Shown here piece after piece: positions 34,448 through 45,000 of a DNA stretch of 64,000 bases. A model generated the notes under the pieces. The model was given only the letters and a program-made list of their open reading frames with translations, was not told where the DNA came from and did not search any database. Source of the stretch: a virus; IMG/VR virus record IMGVR_UViG_3300023179_000038, positions 1 through 64,000 of that record. One strand, written 5' to 3'. The translations under genes were made by a program, and so were the position numbers. Within the stretch, counting starts at the first letter, position 1, and each line of letters begins with the position of its first letter.

Positions 34448-36229
34448 TTATATTAAATTGAATCTATCCAAATAGTCTTTTACGTCATCTGGCATAGGCT
34501 TATATTGTATCACGTTTTCAGGTAGGTCGTCAACTCGCTTTGGTCTATCTTTGAATGTATGAACCTCAATTTCTTGATTAATATTTTTGGGGGTAAAACT
34601 AATAGCCCCAAATACTGCACCACAAACTGCATCTGCCAAGTCTTTAGATTTTTTACGTGGATGATCCACTTTTTTATCATTAATAATTTTTAATTCAGCA
34701 AGTTCTTCTAGCAATAAAGGTATCATTGGCATAGCAAGTCTTTCTTCATACACCAACATAGCAAAATCTTCGTAATGTTTTTTAGCAACAGAAATAGTCT
34801 CAGTTTTTATTCCTACAGATTTTAATTCATTTTGTATATCAAAAGACTGCCATCTATCAAATGACACCAATCCAATATTAAAGCCACTTCTTCTTAAATT
34901 AATTATCCAATTTTTAACATCACTTAAATTGACTGGACCCTCAACTTTTGGTTCCCACCAAGCAACTGCATCAACTACAACAATTGGTGCTACCTGTTGA
35001 TAATCTTTTAATACTTGAACACTTACCCACTTATCAACATGAGCAATTGCGACTGCACATTTATCATGTTTTTGTGCAAGGTCAGCGTGAATATAATATA
35101 TTTTTTCTGGATCTGGCTTAAAAGAATTATCAAACCTTTTTGAATTATCTAATGGATTTCTTAGTGACATGCATAACTCTAACTTTTCTCTTTGTTTAAA
35201 AAAAGCATCTGATGAATAAGTTGGTTTGCAGGCAAATCTCATCATTGCATCCCCTAAGTCAGTAAAAAATGATAACTTAAAATCTTCTATATTCCTAGTA
35301 GGATTAACTTCCCATGTTGGTTTTTTTAATGCAAATATTCCTGGAAATTTATATGATAATATATTATCTTCATCCCAAGATATTTCAAAAGTATTGTCTG
35401 GTTGTTCTTCTGGTAATGCTGGATTAATTATAAACTTATGTGTTTTTTGAATAACTTCTTTTTCTGCTATAACATCTTCATATCTTTTTGATATAAAATC
35501 TCCGACATATCTAGGAAAAGATAATAAAGCAACCTTTCCTAAATCTGGAAAACGAGAATCTACTGAACCACGAAATGCTTTATAAATATTTTCAGCAGTT
35601 TTACCTTGTTCGTTTCCTGTTCCCACTTCTGAAGCAAAACCAGAAATTTCATCCAGTACGGCAAGAATTAGATTTAATCCTTCGTGTGATTCTCTTTCTG
35701 AATGTCCAGAATAAACTGTAATTGATTTATTAAATTCAATACTGTCTGCTTTTGCATAAAACTTGCCAGCAAACCATGGAGATGACTCTATTTTAGTTTT
35801 AAAACCTTTAAAAAAAACATTCTTTGCTTGTTGAGCATTGATTGCCACATTAATGATATCAATTGCATCTCCAGATGGTTTTCCAAAATACCTGGCTGGA
35901 TCTTTTAAACATAATAATTTGTATACTAAATATGCACATCCTACGGTAGATGTAAAGTCTTTTCCGCTACCCTTTCCTAATTGAAGAATGATTTCATTTT
36001 TAGTATATTTCTTATAATATGCACTTCCATCATTTTCACCCATCAATGTTTCTAAATCTTTTTGATAATAAATCTGACTCATTGCTTCTACAATACTGTA
36101 CTGTATTGCTGAAAGAGGTGGCTGATTTAAAAAATTTTCTGACTCTACAAAAGTTTTTACATCTACTGGAGTTTCTTCAAAAACATCATCATTTAAAGCC
36201 TCAATAAAATCATTAAACATTGTGGACAA
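34448..36229 (-). CDS. terL: Terminase large subunit
   Basis: Walker A GKGSGKD, Walker B AVLDE, nuclease HADLA...FD...DHP...KDLADA. Confidence 0.9.
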   Translation of the reverse strand: MSTMFNDFIEALNDDVFEETPVDVKTFVESENFLNQPPLSAIQYSIVEAMSQIYYQKDLETLMGENDGSAYYKKYTKNEIILQLGKGSGKDFTSTVGCAYLVYKLLCLKDPARYFGKPSGDAIDIINVAINAQQAKNVFFKGFKTKIESSPWFAGKFYAKADSIEFNKSITVYSGHSERESHEGLNLILAVLDEISGFASEVGTGNEQGKTAENIYKAFRGSVDSRFPDLGKVALLSFPRYVGDFISKRYEDVIAEKEVIQKTHKFIINPALPEEQPDNTFEISWDEDNILSYKFPGIFALKKPTWEVNPTRNIEDFKLSFFTDLGDAMMRFACKPTYSSDAFFKQREKLELCMSLRNPLDNSKRFDNSFKPDPEKIYYIHADLAQKHDKCAVAIAHVDKWVSVQVLKDYQQVAPIVVVDAVAWWEPKVEGPVNLSDVKNWIINLRRSGFNIGLVSFDRWQSFDIQNELKSVGIKTETISVAKKHYEDFAMLVYEERLAMPMIPLLLEELAELKIINDKKVDHPRKKSKDLADAVCGAVFGAISFTPKNINQEIEVHTFKDRPKRVDDLPENVIQYKPMPDDVKDYLDRFNLI

Positions 36230-36746
36230 CGGTTATGACCTCATTTTCTTTAGCAATTTCAGAAAGTTTTTTCATAATCTTATTTCTTATTTCTGGATGT
36301 TCACTAGCAATATCTTTTAATATTTCTATTAATGCTTGTTGACGTTTTTCAATTTCAACCATCTCTTCAGCAAGTTCTTTATTTTCTAAAAGACCAGCCT
36401 TTTGTAGCATTTCAATTCTAGATTTTTCAATATCTACAACTAACTTTATTCCTTGGGTTTTTGCAGACAGATTATTTGTTAAACTTGCTTCATCAATTAC
36501 TTCATATGCCCTTGTAATTAACTTACCATAATGTGCATCCATTGATGCTAGTGCTTCTTTTGCTCTTGCACGAATAGCATCATTTGCAGATGCCATAACC
36601 TTCCACTCATTAATTAATGCAACAACACGAGTGCGTGGTATATCTAATTCCTTAGATATTTTTGTTGGATCATTACCCTTTAAGTATTCTTCAACAACTT
36701 TATTAACTTCATCTAAATGATCAATTAATTGTTTTTCAGTTGACAT
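36213..36746 (-). CDS. HTH protein, probable terminase small subunit
   Basis: N-terminal HTH (ISKELDIPRTRV), helical body, overlaps the terL start. Confidence 0.55.
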   Translation of the reverse strand: MSTEKQLIDHLDEVNKVVEEYLKGNDPTKISKELDIPRTRVVALINEWKVMASANDAIRARAKEALASMDAHYGKLITRAYEVIDEASLTNNLSAKTQGIKLVVDIEKSRIEMLQKAGLLENKELAEEMVEIEKRQQALIEILKDIASEHPEIRNKIMKKLSEIAKENEVITVVHNV

Positions 36747-37074
36747 TTTCTTCCTTTGCCACCTTTAATAAAATTAAATAGCCAATTAAATCATCAATAT
36801 CGTTATCGCCAACGTATTCTGTGCCTTTCATTAAACGACTTAATTTATCATCAATTCTTACCTTAAGTTGTTCTACAGGATCTGATTTACTAAAAATTCT
36901 AATAGGATCTAGTGCAGAGTCTCCGTATGCAATATTTTTATCAATTAACATTTGTGCAATTGAATGGCAAGCCTGCCAAATTTTATTTCCAGATGGTGCT
37001 GAAATAGAATGTAAATAAAGATCGTCACAATTAAAATCTCTTACATCTTCAAATACTGGATTCAGTTTCATCAT
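36736..37074 (-). CDS. DUF1599 / nucleotide-modification-associated domain 1-like protein
   Basis: KN.AYGDS...VRIDDKLSRL...D..DLIGY. Confidence 0.7.
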   Translation of the reverse strand: MMKLNPVFEDVRDFNCDDLYLHSISAPSGNKIWQACHSIAQMLIDKNIAYGDSALDPIRIFSKSDPVEQLKVRIDDKLSRLMKGTEYVGDNDIDDLIGYLILLKVAKEENVN

Positions 37075-37183
37075 CCTCCCATTCAAATGCTTCTGGTATT
37101 CCTTTGAGTGCAGTAATAACATAGGTAACCCCAACAGCCCCCATAACACCAAGTGCTATTAATATTTTTTTTGTTTTACTCAT
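37049..37183 (-). CDS. Small TM protein (44 aa)
   Basis: MSKTKKILIALGV...; ATGA coupling. Confidence 0.55.
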   Translation of the reverse strand: MSKTKKILIALGVMGAVGVTYVITALKGIPEAFEWEDDETESSI

Positions 37184-37335
37184 CTTTTTGATTTCCTTAA
37201 TCCAAATTTTGCAAGATATACATAGATTGTTTCTACGCTTGCCCCGCATTCTTTAGCAATATCTTGTGCAGACTTTTTATCCATAAGATATCTCTTACGA
37301 AGCCAAGTTTCACTTGTATATAGTTTAGCAGCCAT
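37180..37335 (-). CDS. 51-aa HTH protein
   Basis: MAAKLYTSETWLRKRY...DIAKECGASVETIYVYL; read manually. Confidence 0.7.
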   Translation of the reverse strand: MAAKLYTSETWLRKRYLMDKKSAQDIAKECGASVETIYVYLAKFGLRKSKR

Positions 37336-37337
37336 AA

Positions 37338-37913
37338 CTACTCTTTGTCAAGTCCAATTGATTTATCCCAGTTATTAATAGCCCAATGACCAATAGCAAC
37401 TGCATCTGCCACATCATAATCTTCAATGTTTTTATCATACAATATGTTCAATAACTTTATTGTTCTTTTCTTTCTAAAATCTCTTTCATATGCCTTGTAC
37501 CAGGATGCAGATTTTCCAGGATTACTACTTCTAATTGCTAACTGCTCTTCTTTATTTAATTTCTTGTTTCCTAAATAATTTTGCCAAGTTATTGGTGATA
37601 CTTTTCCAATTGTTTTTATATTGGACAGGCCTGCCCCCCCTATAATGCCACCCTGAACCAATGCAAGATCTGCTGCAGTTTTTGGAGAATTCATGAAAAC
37701 TGTATGTTCAATAACAACAGCATTTATATTTTGATAATGATCAAATAATGCCTTTGTCTTTTTTGTTGCATCTTGAACTTTTTCATATATACTATTTCCA
37801 TCAAAATTTATTTTTCCATATTGAAATATTTTATCATTTGAGTATATGCAAAAAGCAAGATTGTTTGTGCTGGCATCAATAGAAAATATATTATAATTTT
37901 TATTGTTTGTCAT
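37338..37913 (-). CDS. RuvC-like Holliday junction resolvase
   Basis: SIDAST, VVIE and D.ADA.AIG catalytic pattern. Confidence 0.75.
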   Translation of the reverse strand: MTNNKNYNIFSIDASTNNLAFCIYSNDKIFQYGKINFDGNSIYEKVQDATKKTKALFDHYQNINAVVIEHTVFMNSPKTAADLALVQGGIIGGAGLSNIKTIGKVSPITWQNYLGNKKLNKEEQLAIRSSNPGKSASWYKAYERDFRKKRTIKLLNILYDKNIEDYDVADAVAIGHWAINNWDKSIGLDKE

Positions 37914-38184
37914 TAATTATATCCTTTATATTCTTTAATGCTTTATTGACATCCTTTGGATTTATTTGACAAAAATTGCACAAAACCTCATCATTGTATA
38001 TGGACAAAGGATTGTTACATGATTTACATTTTCTTTCTTTACCTTTACGTTTTTGCCTTCTTACAATACTATATCTTGCAGCAATTTTTTCTTTTGTTGC
38101 CTGATCTCTGCACTCAACAGAACAATATATCTGATAGGATATTGATGTTATAAAATCATTATTACACCAACTACAGTTCTTCAT
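37900..38184 (-). CDS. Zinc-finger protein
   Basis: CSWC, YCSVEC, CKSC, CNFC. Confidence 0.75.
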   Translation of the reverse strand: MKNCSWCNNDFITSISYQIYCSVECRDQATKEKIAARYSIVRRQKRKGKERKCKSCNNPLSIYNDEVLCNFCQINPKDVNKALKNIKDIINDKQ

Positions 38185-39031
38185 CTTTCAATAACTCCAG
38201 TGGTTTAATTTTTATGCTTCCTTCTTCCGCCTCAGAACATGCTTTTTGAATTGGACAAACCTTACATATCTTAGAATTTGATCTATATGTTTTTTGTGGA
38301 ATAGTTTGTTTTTCCCACGCACTTCTAACCAACCTCATCCAATCAAATGCTTGATCTAACCACTTTAAATAATGATTGTTTATTTTTACAGGTAAAACTA
38401 ACAACTCGTGATTATTTTTGTTTTCATAAATTATTACACCTTTATCTTTTTTCAAAATTTTCATGTACATAAGTAATTGCATTAGGTGTCCAGTTTTAGG
38501 TTTACGACTAACCTTTTTATATTCAAAGCCATCATTAGGCATTGTTTTTATTTCGCCAAGAATTGTTTCATTGTTATAATTTAACATAACATCGCCATAC
38601 CCACTGATTGGTGGATCTTGATATTTAATTTTAAACTCTAATGCTGGATGTATTTGTTTTTTATATTTGCTAGGCTCTGAATCAAATTCCATTCCCTCTT
38701 GCAATATGCCAGAATTCAGTATTGCATCTTGAATTCTATCGTGACCAAGAGTTCCTTGAGTTCTATTTGCCACCCCATATGCATCTGAGTTATCATAAAA
38801 TACTGCACCATCAAATGCTAGATACCAATATCTTGCACACTCTCCCGCCCCATAAACTATACTAGATGGGGCAAAGGTTGTCTTTTTTTGAAACTTTGGC
38901 TTAAGATTAGCAATATATCCAGATTGTATTTTTTCTGCCAACCCATCAGAAAAGGATAAGGACTCTGCTGATTGGTCAGCATTATTGTTTGAATCTTTTA
39001 ACATTATACTTTTTAATAAATTTTTTGTCAT
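38171..39031 (-). CDS. Cas4-like / PD-(D/E)XK exonuclease
   Basis: C.R, G...H, GD...EIKT, QL..Y and CxxCP...C motifs. Confidence 0.85.
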   Translation of the reverse strand: MTKNLLKSIMLKDSNNNADQSAESLSFSDGLAEKIQSGYIANLKPKFQKKTTFAPSSIVYGAGECARYWYLAFDGAVFYDNSDAYGVANRTQGTLGHDRIQDAILNSGILQEGMEFDSEPSKYKKQIHPALEFKIKYQDPPISGYGDVMLNYNNETILGEIKTMPNDGFEYKKVSRKPKTGHLMQLLMYMKILKKDKGVIIYENKNNHELLVLPVKINNHYLKWLDQAFDWMRLVRSAWEKQTIPQKTYRSNSKICKVCPIQKACSEAEEGSIKIKPLELLKDEEL

Positions 39032-39065
39032 ATTAACTCGTCTCTATTACTATAAGTATAGCAGA

Positions 39066-39371
39066 TTAGCGTGTAATATATTTCAATGCAGACACTAGAT
39101 TGTTAAGTGATTCTGCTGCAGTGTAATAAAGGTTTTTTTTACCACGATCTGACTTGTCTACATTTGCCATCCAGGTTGCTTTAAAAGCCATCTTTGCTGC
39201 AATTGCTTGAAGTCTTACAATCTCTATGTGAACAACATTGATTGGAATATCTGGTTTAATAATAACCTTGGCAATAAATGTAAGAGCAGTAGTTAATTCT
39301 TCATCCTGCATATACTCTGCAATTTCAGACAAACCATTAACCATGCTTATAGTTGTTTCATTATTATCCAT
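39066..39371 (-). CDS. Hypothetical conserved protein
   Basis: ORF track. Confidence 0.8.
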   Translation of the reverse strand: MDNNETTISMVNGLSEIAEYMQDEELTTALTFIAKVIIKPDIPINVVHIEIVRLQAIAAKMAFKATWMANVDKSDRGKKNLYYTAAESLNNLVSALKYITR

Positions 39372-40062
39372 TTAATCTCCCAAACGTATTGTTTATTTTA
39401 TTTTCTTTAAAATATTTATTTGTCATTTCATTAAGATATTTAACTCTTTCTTTTCGTGCTTCTTCATTTCTTGACTCTAGATTTAAATTGTAATAATCTT
39501 GTAAATTAGAAAAGTGACAAGTTAACATTTTTACTTTATCGTCAATATTAAACTTTTGTTTTTCTCTCCAATGCAAGATACCAGCCCCCCAAAAAACTAA
39601 TAAATCCATGTACTCTAAAACAAACTTTTCTCCTTCTACAAATATTGGCCAATCTATTGTTTTGTCTAATTGATAATCAAAAGTTATTTTTGAATAATAG
39701 TTATCAGAGTCATAATGAAATGGAAGTTCTGATGTATCGTTTTTTCCAAAATCTGCACCAGAATATTCTAAATAACTGTTGTGAGTCATTACAACCTCTT
39801 CTCCACAAAGATTAGAAGCAATATTTTCAAGTTTCTTTTTAATATGATCTGGATAAACTAACTCTATATGCATCCTACCAAGATTATTTAAAATAATTTT
39901 TTGATAAAACTCATTGTCTCCATTGTAAGATTTAGCAGAATTAATTACATTTTGCATTTCTTCTACATCAGATTCTGATAAAACATTTTTAATTATTTGT
40001 GCTTTAAAATTATTTTTTGCAGCAAAAGGCTTTGCGTATTTGTTTATATAATTGCTTTCCAT
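39364..40062 (-). CDS. 2OG-Fe(II) oxygenase-like protein
   Basis: LPFHYD, WPIFVEG, HWR. Start set at MESNY. Confidence 0.7.
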   Translation of the reverse strand: MESNYINKYAKPFAAKNNFKAQIIKNVLSESDVEEMQNVINSAKSYNGDNEFYQKIILNNLGRMHIELVYPDHIKKKLENIASNLCGEEVVMTHNSYLEYSGADFGKNDTSELPFHYDSDNYYSKITFDYQLDKTIDWPIFVEGEKFVLEYMDLLVFWGAGILHWREKQKFNIDDKVKMLTCHFSNLQDYYNLNLESRNEEARKERVKYLNEMTNKYFKENKINNTFGRLNG

Positions 40063-40063
40063 A

Positions 40064-40609
40064 TTATTTTTCCTCTGTTTTAGCAAACTTAACTAATAAA
40101 ACTTTTTCAAAATCTGAATCAGACATTTTAATTATTGGTCTGTGATGATTTTGATTTACGGCATCAAAAACAACTGCTGAATTGTTTTTTAAAACAAAAC
40201 TTTCATTTTCTACAAATATTGGCCAAACAACATTTGTCTCTATGCAATAATCAATAATAACTGTATGAGACCCATGACCAGTATCTTTGTGAGGCATTAA
40301 CTTAGGATTTCCATACTTGTTCCTGTATTCTAGGTATGCCGTACTACCAACATAATGATAGTCAGTCCAGTTGTTTTCGATTACAATTTTTTTAAATTGA
40401 TCTAAGCATTCGTCTGATAGTGGTAAGTTTTGAATAAGAAGTCGACCTAAAGGTTTTATCCAAATTTTTAATGGATCTGTAATAGTTTTGTCATACCCTA
40501 TGTCTGTAAAATTCAAAGATTTAGAATAGTAATCAACTGAATCTTTTATTTCTTGAATACTTTTTTGGGTTAAGACATTTTCTACATACACATTATTAAA
40601 ATTAAACAT
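40064..40609 (-). CDS. 2OG-Fe(II) oxygenase-like protein
   Basis: LMPHKD, WPIFVE, HHR; paralog of the previous gene. Confidence 0.7.
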   Translation of the reverse strand: MFNFNNVYVENVLTQKSIQEIKDSVDYYSKSLNFTDIGYDKTITDPLKIWIKPLGRLLIQNLPLSDECLDQFKKIVIENNWTDYHYVGSTAYLEYRNKYGNPKLMPHKDTGHGSHTVIIDYCIETNVVWPIFVENESFVLKNNSAVVFDAVNQNHHRPIIKMSDSDFEKVLLVKFAKTEEK

Positions 40610-40633
40610 TTATGCTCCTCTTATTATACATAA

Positions 40634-40921
40634 TTATACACTATCTTCAACAATTTGTTCTAAAATACTCATCTCAATTATAGCAAGTCTGACTTTAGAA
40701 TTACCCTCGCCCATTACTACAACAATTGCTGGATCTTTGCCATTTTTTATAGCATCGGTTGTTGCCTTAGCCCATACTTCTTTGTTTAAAGTAAAAGACT
40801 TTCCAACCTCTTTAAAGTCTACAGTAAAATTTTCCCAAGATGCATCACCTTTATGTGTTCCACGTCCTGAGTTTTTATGCTGTTTAGCACCCATTCTTTT
40901 GCTTTCACTCTTCTCTGTCAT
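40634..40921 (-). CDS. Small PD-(D/E)XK nuclease / resolvase-like protein
   Basis: NSGRG..KGDA.....VDFK. Confidence 0.6.
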   Translation of the reverse strand: MTEKSESKRMGAKQHKNSGRGTHKGDASWENFTVDFKEVGKSFTLNKEVWAKATTDAIKNGKDPAIVVVMGEGNSKVRLAIIEMSILEQIVEDSV

Positions 40922-41093
40922 TTTTTTTCTTTGTCTTATATCCTATTTTAAAAAGTTGTATTTTAGATAAATGTTTATTAGAGCACATCCAAGAGGCTAT
41001 TCCTGTTTCCATGTAGACTCTAACAGTTTTAACTTCTTCGTTACAGTTTTTGCATGGAAACTTTCCTGGATATACACTAAACTTATTAGACAC
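40905..41093 (-). CDS. Small zinc-binding protein
   Basis: CKNC...C..KH. Confidence 0.7.
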   Translation of the reverse strand: MSNKFSVYPGKFPCKNCNEEVKTVRVYMETGIASWMCSNKHLSKIQLFKIGYKTKKKNDREE

Positions 41094-42099
41094 AACTTAA
41101 TCTATCTTTTAATTTATTTTGTAATTCTATGTCTTCTTTTATTTTATTTATAATTCCATCTCTTCCTTGTACCTTTGTACCGTCATCTAATTGATACCAT
41201 GCACCAGTTCTATTAAGAAGACCACTTGCTTCTGCGGTATCAACTAGATCGCCTATTACATCAACACCAAGATCATCACCCCTAAAATAAAAATCATACT
41301 CACCAGATTGGAAGCCTGGAGAAGTTTTTGAAAACTGTAATTCCCATCTAACTTTTCTGCCAATTTTTTCTTCAATTAATTTGTCTCCTACTTTAATTTT
41401 TCCTTTAATTGCTTGATTGTCTGATTCAGAAGAAAACAATTTTATAACACAAGATGAATAAAATTTTGTTGCTTGACCGCCAGATGGTTGCTGACTAGTG
41501 TACATTGCATTAATGTTATTTCTTGATTGTGAAATTAACACTAAGAGAGTTGGTTTTACTTTATTGTTTGCATAATTTAGCATTTTCCAAGCATTACTAA
41601 AGTCACGAGATTCTGCTCCAATTTGTTTTGTATTTTCTAGAGCCTTCATTTCATCTGTATCTTTTTCAAAATAAATTGCTGGTAGCATTGATGTAATAGA
41701 GTCAACTACAATTAAATCAACTCCAGCATTCATTAATCCAACACCAACATCAACCATATCGCTAATAGTTCTTGCCTGTGAGTAAATAAGTTTTTCTGGA
41801 TCTACCCCTAACTGTCTTGCCCAGTCTTCAGAATAAGACATTTCTGAGTCAATCCAAGCACAAATTTTTCCTTTCGCCTGTGCAAGTGCAATCATCTGAA
41901 GACACATTGATGACTTTGCAGAAGATTTGCTTCCCCAAATAAGAACTTGCCGACCATATGGAAGTCCACCACCAAGCGCTTTATTAAGACCAAAACTTGG
42001 CGTTGGCTGATATTCAAAATTTACACCAACCCCACTGCCCAAACGTTTTCTTAATTTTGGATCTAATTGTGCTAATACATCCTCTATGCTAACCGACAT
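41086..42099 (-). CDS. recA: RecA/UvsX-like recombinase
   Basis: LG.GGLP.GR, GSKSSAKS, IDSE, VVDS, GG.A.KFYSS and GAWY motifs. Confidence 0.92.
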   Translation of the reverse strand: MSVSIEDVLAQLDPKLRKRLGSGVGVNFEYQPTPSFGLNKALGGGLPYGRQVLIWGSKSSAKSSMCLQMIALAQAKGKICAWIDSEMSYSEDWARQLGVDPEKLIYSQARTISDMVDVGVGLMNAGVDLIVVDSITSMLPAIYFEKDTDEMKALENTKQIGAESRDFSNAWKMLNYANNKVKPTLLVLISQSRNNINAMYTSQQPSGGQATKFYSSCVIKLFSSESDNQAIKGKIKVGDKLIEEKIGRKVRWELQFSKTSPGFQSGEYDFYFRGDDLGVDVIGDLVDTAEASGLLNRTGAWYQLDDGTKVQGRDGIINKIKEDIELQNKLKDRLSCV

Positions 42100-45000
42100 T
42101 AATATCCTCCAGAATTATTGTTCCATCTTTTGTTTTACCAAAAGAAAATCTATAAGAATTTCCTTCTTGTACATGCATGTATGCTTTAGGAAATGATGTT
42201 GGAAATACAGTGACTGAGTGTAACTCTCTTGATGTATCTGCCAAAGTTAATGATGCCATTTTTTTCCCAGTCTTTGTAATCCTTGGTTTAAAAGAAACTA
42301 CAAACATTTCGTCTTCTTTATACGGCAATTGTTTATAACTTAAAAATTTAACCAATGCATTTGAAGATCCTTTTATTTCGTCCACAGGAATTGCAGAAAC
42401 AATCCTATTATCATTACAAAGAACCAAATAAGTGCGACCCGTCTCAATAGTGGTGTTTTCATCATCAAATATGCCCACAGACCCAGTTTTGTCCAAAATT
42501 TCAACTCTTGACCATCCTTTTCCTCTTTTAATTGACTTTATCATTCCCATTAAAATAAAAGATCCCTTTTCTTCAAAATCACAAACATCCTGAATAAAGG
42601 CATAATAGTGTGATGGAATCGTTATGTTAAATTCTGGAAGATTTAAATATTCATAAATATTTTGCTTAATCTCTTCATCGTTTCTCGGATTGTCTGGAAA
42701 AGTTGCTGCGCCAATTAAACGCATTGCTGCTAGTGCACGACTATTAACGCCACTACCCTTTGTAAATGTAAACTCTTCAAGTTCTTTATAAGATTTAAAT
42801 GGTCTTGCTTGTATATATTTACTTGCAATGTTATTTGATATATATTTTATATTGGTTAATCCAAACCTAATTCCTTTTCCTTCAATTTTAAAATCTAAAT
42901 CAGAATCATTAATGTGTGGAAGTTTAATAGATATACCCATACGTTTTGCTTCAATTAGATATTCTGTACGACCATCTTTATCTTTTTCATTTTTGAGAAG
43001 AGCAAACATAAATTCAAGTGGGTAATAATATTTTAGCCACGCCGTCCAATACGAGAGAGTAGAGTAAGCAACTGCGTGGCTCTTGTTAAACGAGTACCCC
43101 GCATGTGCTTCGAAATCATGCCATAGATCACGAGCCTGATTAGGAGTAATATAGGCAGAAGCACCAGCAATAAAACGTTCTTTATAAATGTCAAACTCTT
43201 TTGCATCTTTTTTCTTTCCAATAATTTTACGAACTTTGTCAGCATCAGACATTGACATTCCGCCTAAATGAACGCAAGCCTGCATAACCTGTTCTTGATA
43301 TAGGATACATCCATATGTATCATCGGTAAATTCTTTTAGGACTTGATGAATGTATGACACATTTTGTTTACCATGTTTACGAGCAATATAATCCTTACCA
43401 ATAGTATTCATGGCTCCTGGACGAACCAAAGCGTTAGAGGCTGCCAGTTCATCAAAATTCTTTACGCCCATTTTAACTAAAAGGTTTGTATATGGCGTTG
43501 CTTCACATTGAAATACACCCTTTGTATATCCATCGGAAAGCATTTCATAAACTTTTGAATCTTTCATATCAAGTGACAATAAGTCAATGTCTTTATAGTG
43601 ATTTTCTTTTATCATGGCAATTGTATCCTGGATTACACTTAAAGTTTTTAAACCAAGAGCATCAATTTTAATAAGACCAATTTTTTCAGCCTCTTCCATA
43701 TTAACTCCAACAACTGGGATCCTTTCGTCTGATCCAGGAGAAGATCGAGTTTCTAATGGAGCGTATTTAAATATTGGATTTTTACTAGTTACAACTCCAG
43801 CAGCATGAATACCAGTTCCCCTAATACGACCACGAAGTTGTTCTCCGTAAACTTCTACTTCTGGATATTTCTCTCTAAACCACTCTGTTGTTTTTGATCT
43901 ACAAAACTCATCCCAAGTATCAACTAATTTCAAAACCTTATTAACATCTGTTAATGGAATATCTAATATTCTTGCAACATCTCTTACAACACCCTTATCC
44001 TTAAACTCTAAAAAAGTTGCAATAGAAGCAACATGCCTATACTGCCTAACTAAATAATCCTTTACTTCATCACGACGTGTGTCTTGAATATCTGTATCAA
44101 TGTCAGGAAAATCATTGCGTTCTGGATTAATAAAACGGAAAAATAATAAACCATGCTCAATTGGATCAATAGTAGTAATTCCAAGTAGGTAACAAACTAA
44201 AGAGCCAGCAGATGATCCACGACCTGGACCTACAAGAATTCCTTCTTTCTTTGCCCAGTTAATCATATTGCTCACTACAAGGAAATATGGTGAAAATTTT
44301 TTGTTACGAATAACCTCTAACTCTTCATCAAGCCTTTGCTCATATATATCATTGCCAAGCCAATTACTATTAAGTCTATATTTTTCAAGACCTGCAAATG
44401 CTAGGCTTGCTAACTCTTGATCTGGATTTTTATATTGAACTGGAAGAAGGTTTAGTCCATCTTGAATGTTGTAATCTTCTACCGTATCTGCTAATAACAA
44501 TGTGTTTGAGTATATATCTTCTCTATCAATACCCTGTTTTTGCATATCGGATTTTATTTCTTCATAAGAAAGCAAATGAATATTAAATTTATTAAATGTA
44601 ATATCACGATCAACACCATAAAGATAATCAAGTCTTTCCATCATATCTTTTTTCTTTTTAGACTTTTCATATGATGACTCTTTATTAATTTTTGCATGTG
44701 TATTTAAAAGCAGTTTAAATTCTTGGATTTCTTTTTGAGAAGTATCTGAGTGGTGACAGTCTGGGGTTACTATGGCCTTTATTTTAAATTCATCTGCAAG
44801 TTCAAGCAAATAATTATTTATTTCTGCAGTATTGTGTGGCATTACTTCAATATAATAATCACTGCCAAAATTATCTTTAAACCATTTAATATATTTTTTA
44901 GCAATAGCAAACTCTTGCTCTTCTAATGCTTTAACTAAAACGCTACTTGGACATGCAGATGTTACTATAATTCCTTCTTTATATTTTTCTAATATTGCAA

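Noticed and set aside
38171-39031. Cas4-like gene as evidence of a CRISPR system
   Set aside because: No repeat-spacer array or other cas genes are visible. Stand-alone Cas4-like exonucleases are common in phage recombination modules.
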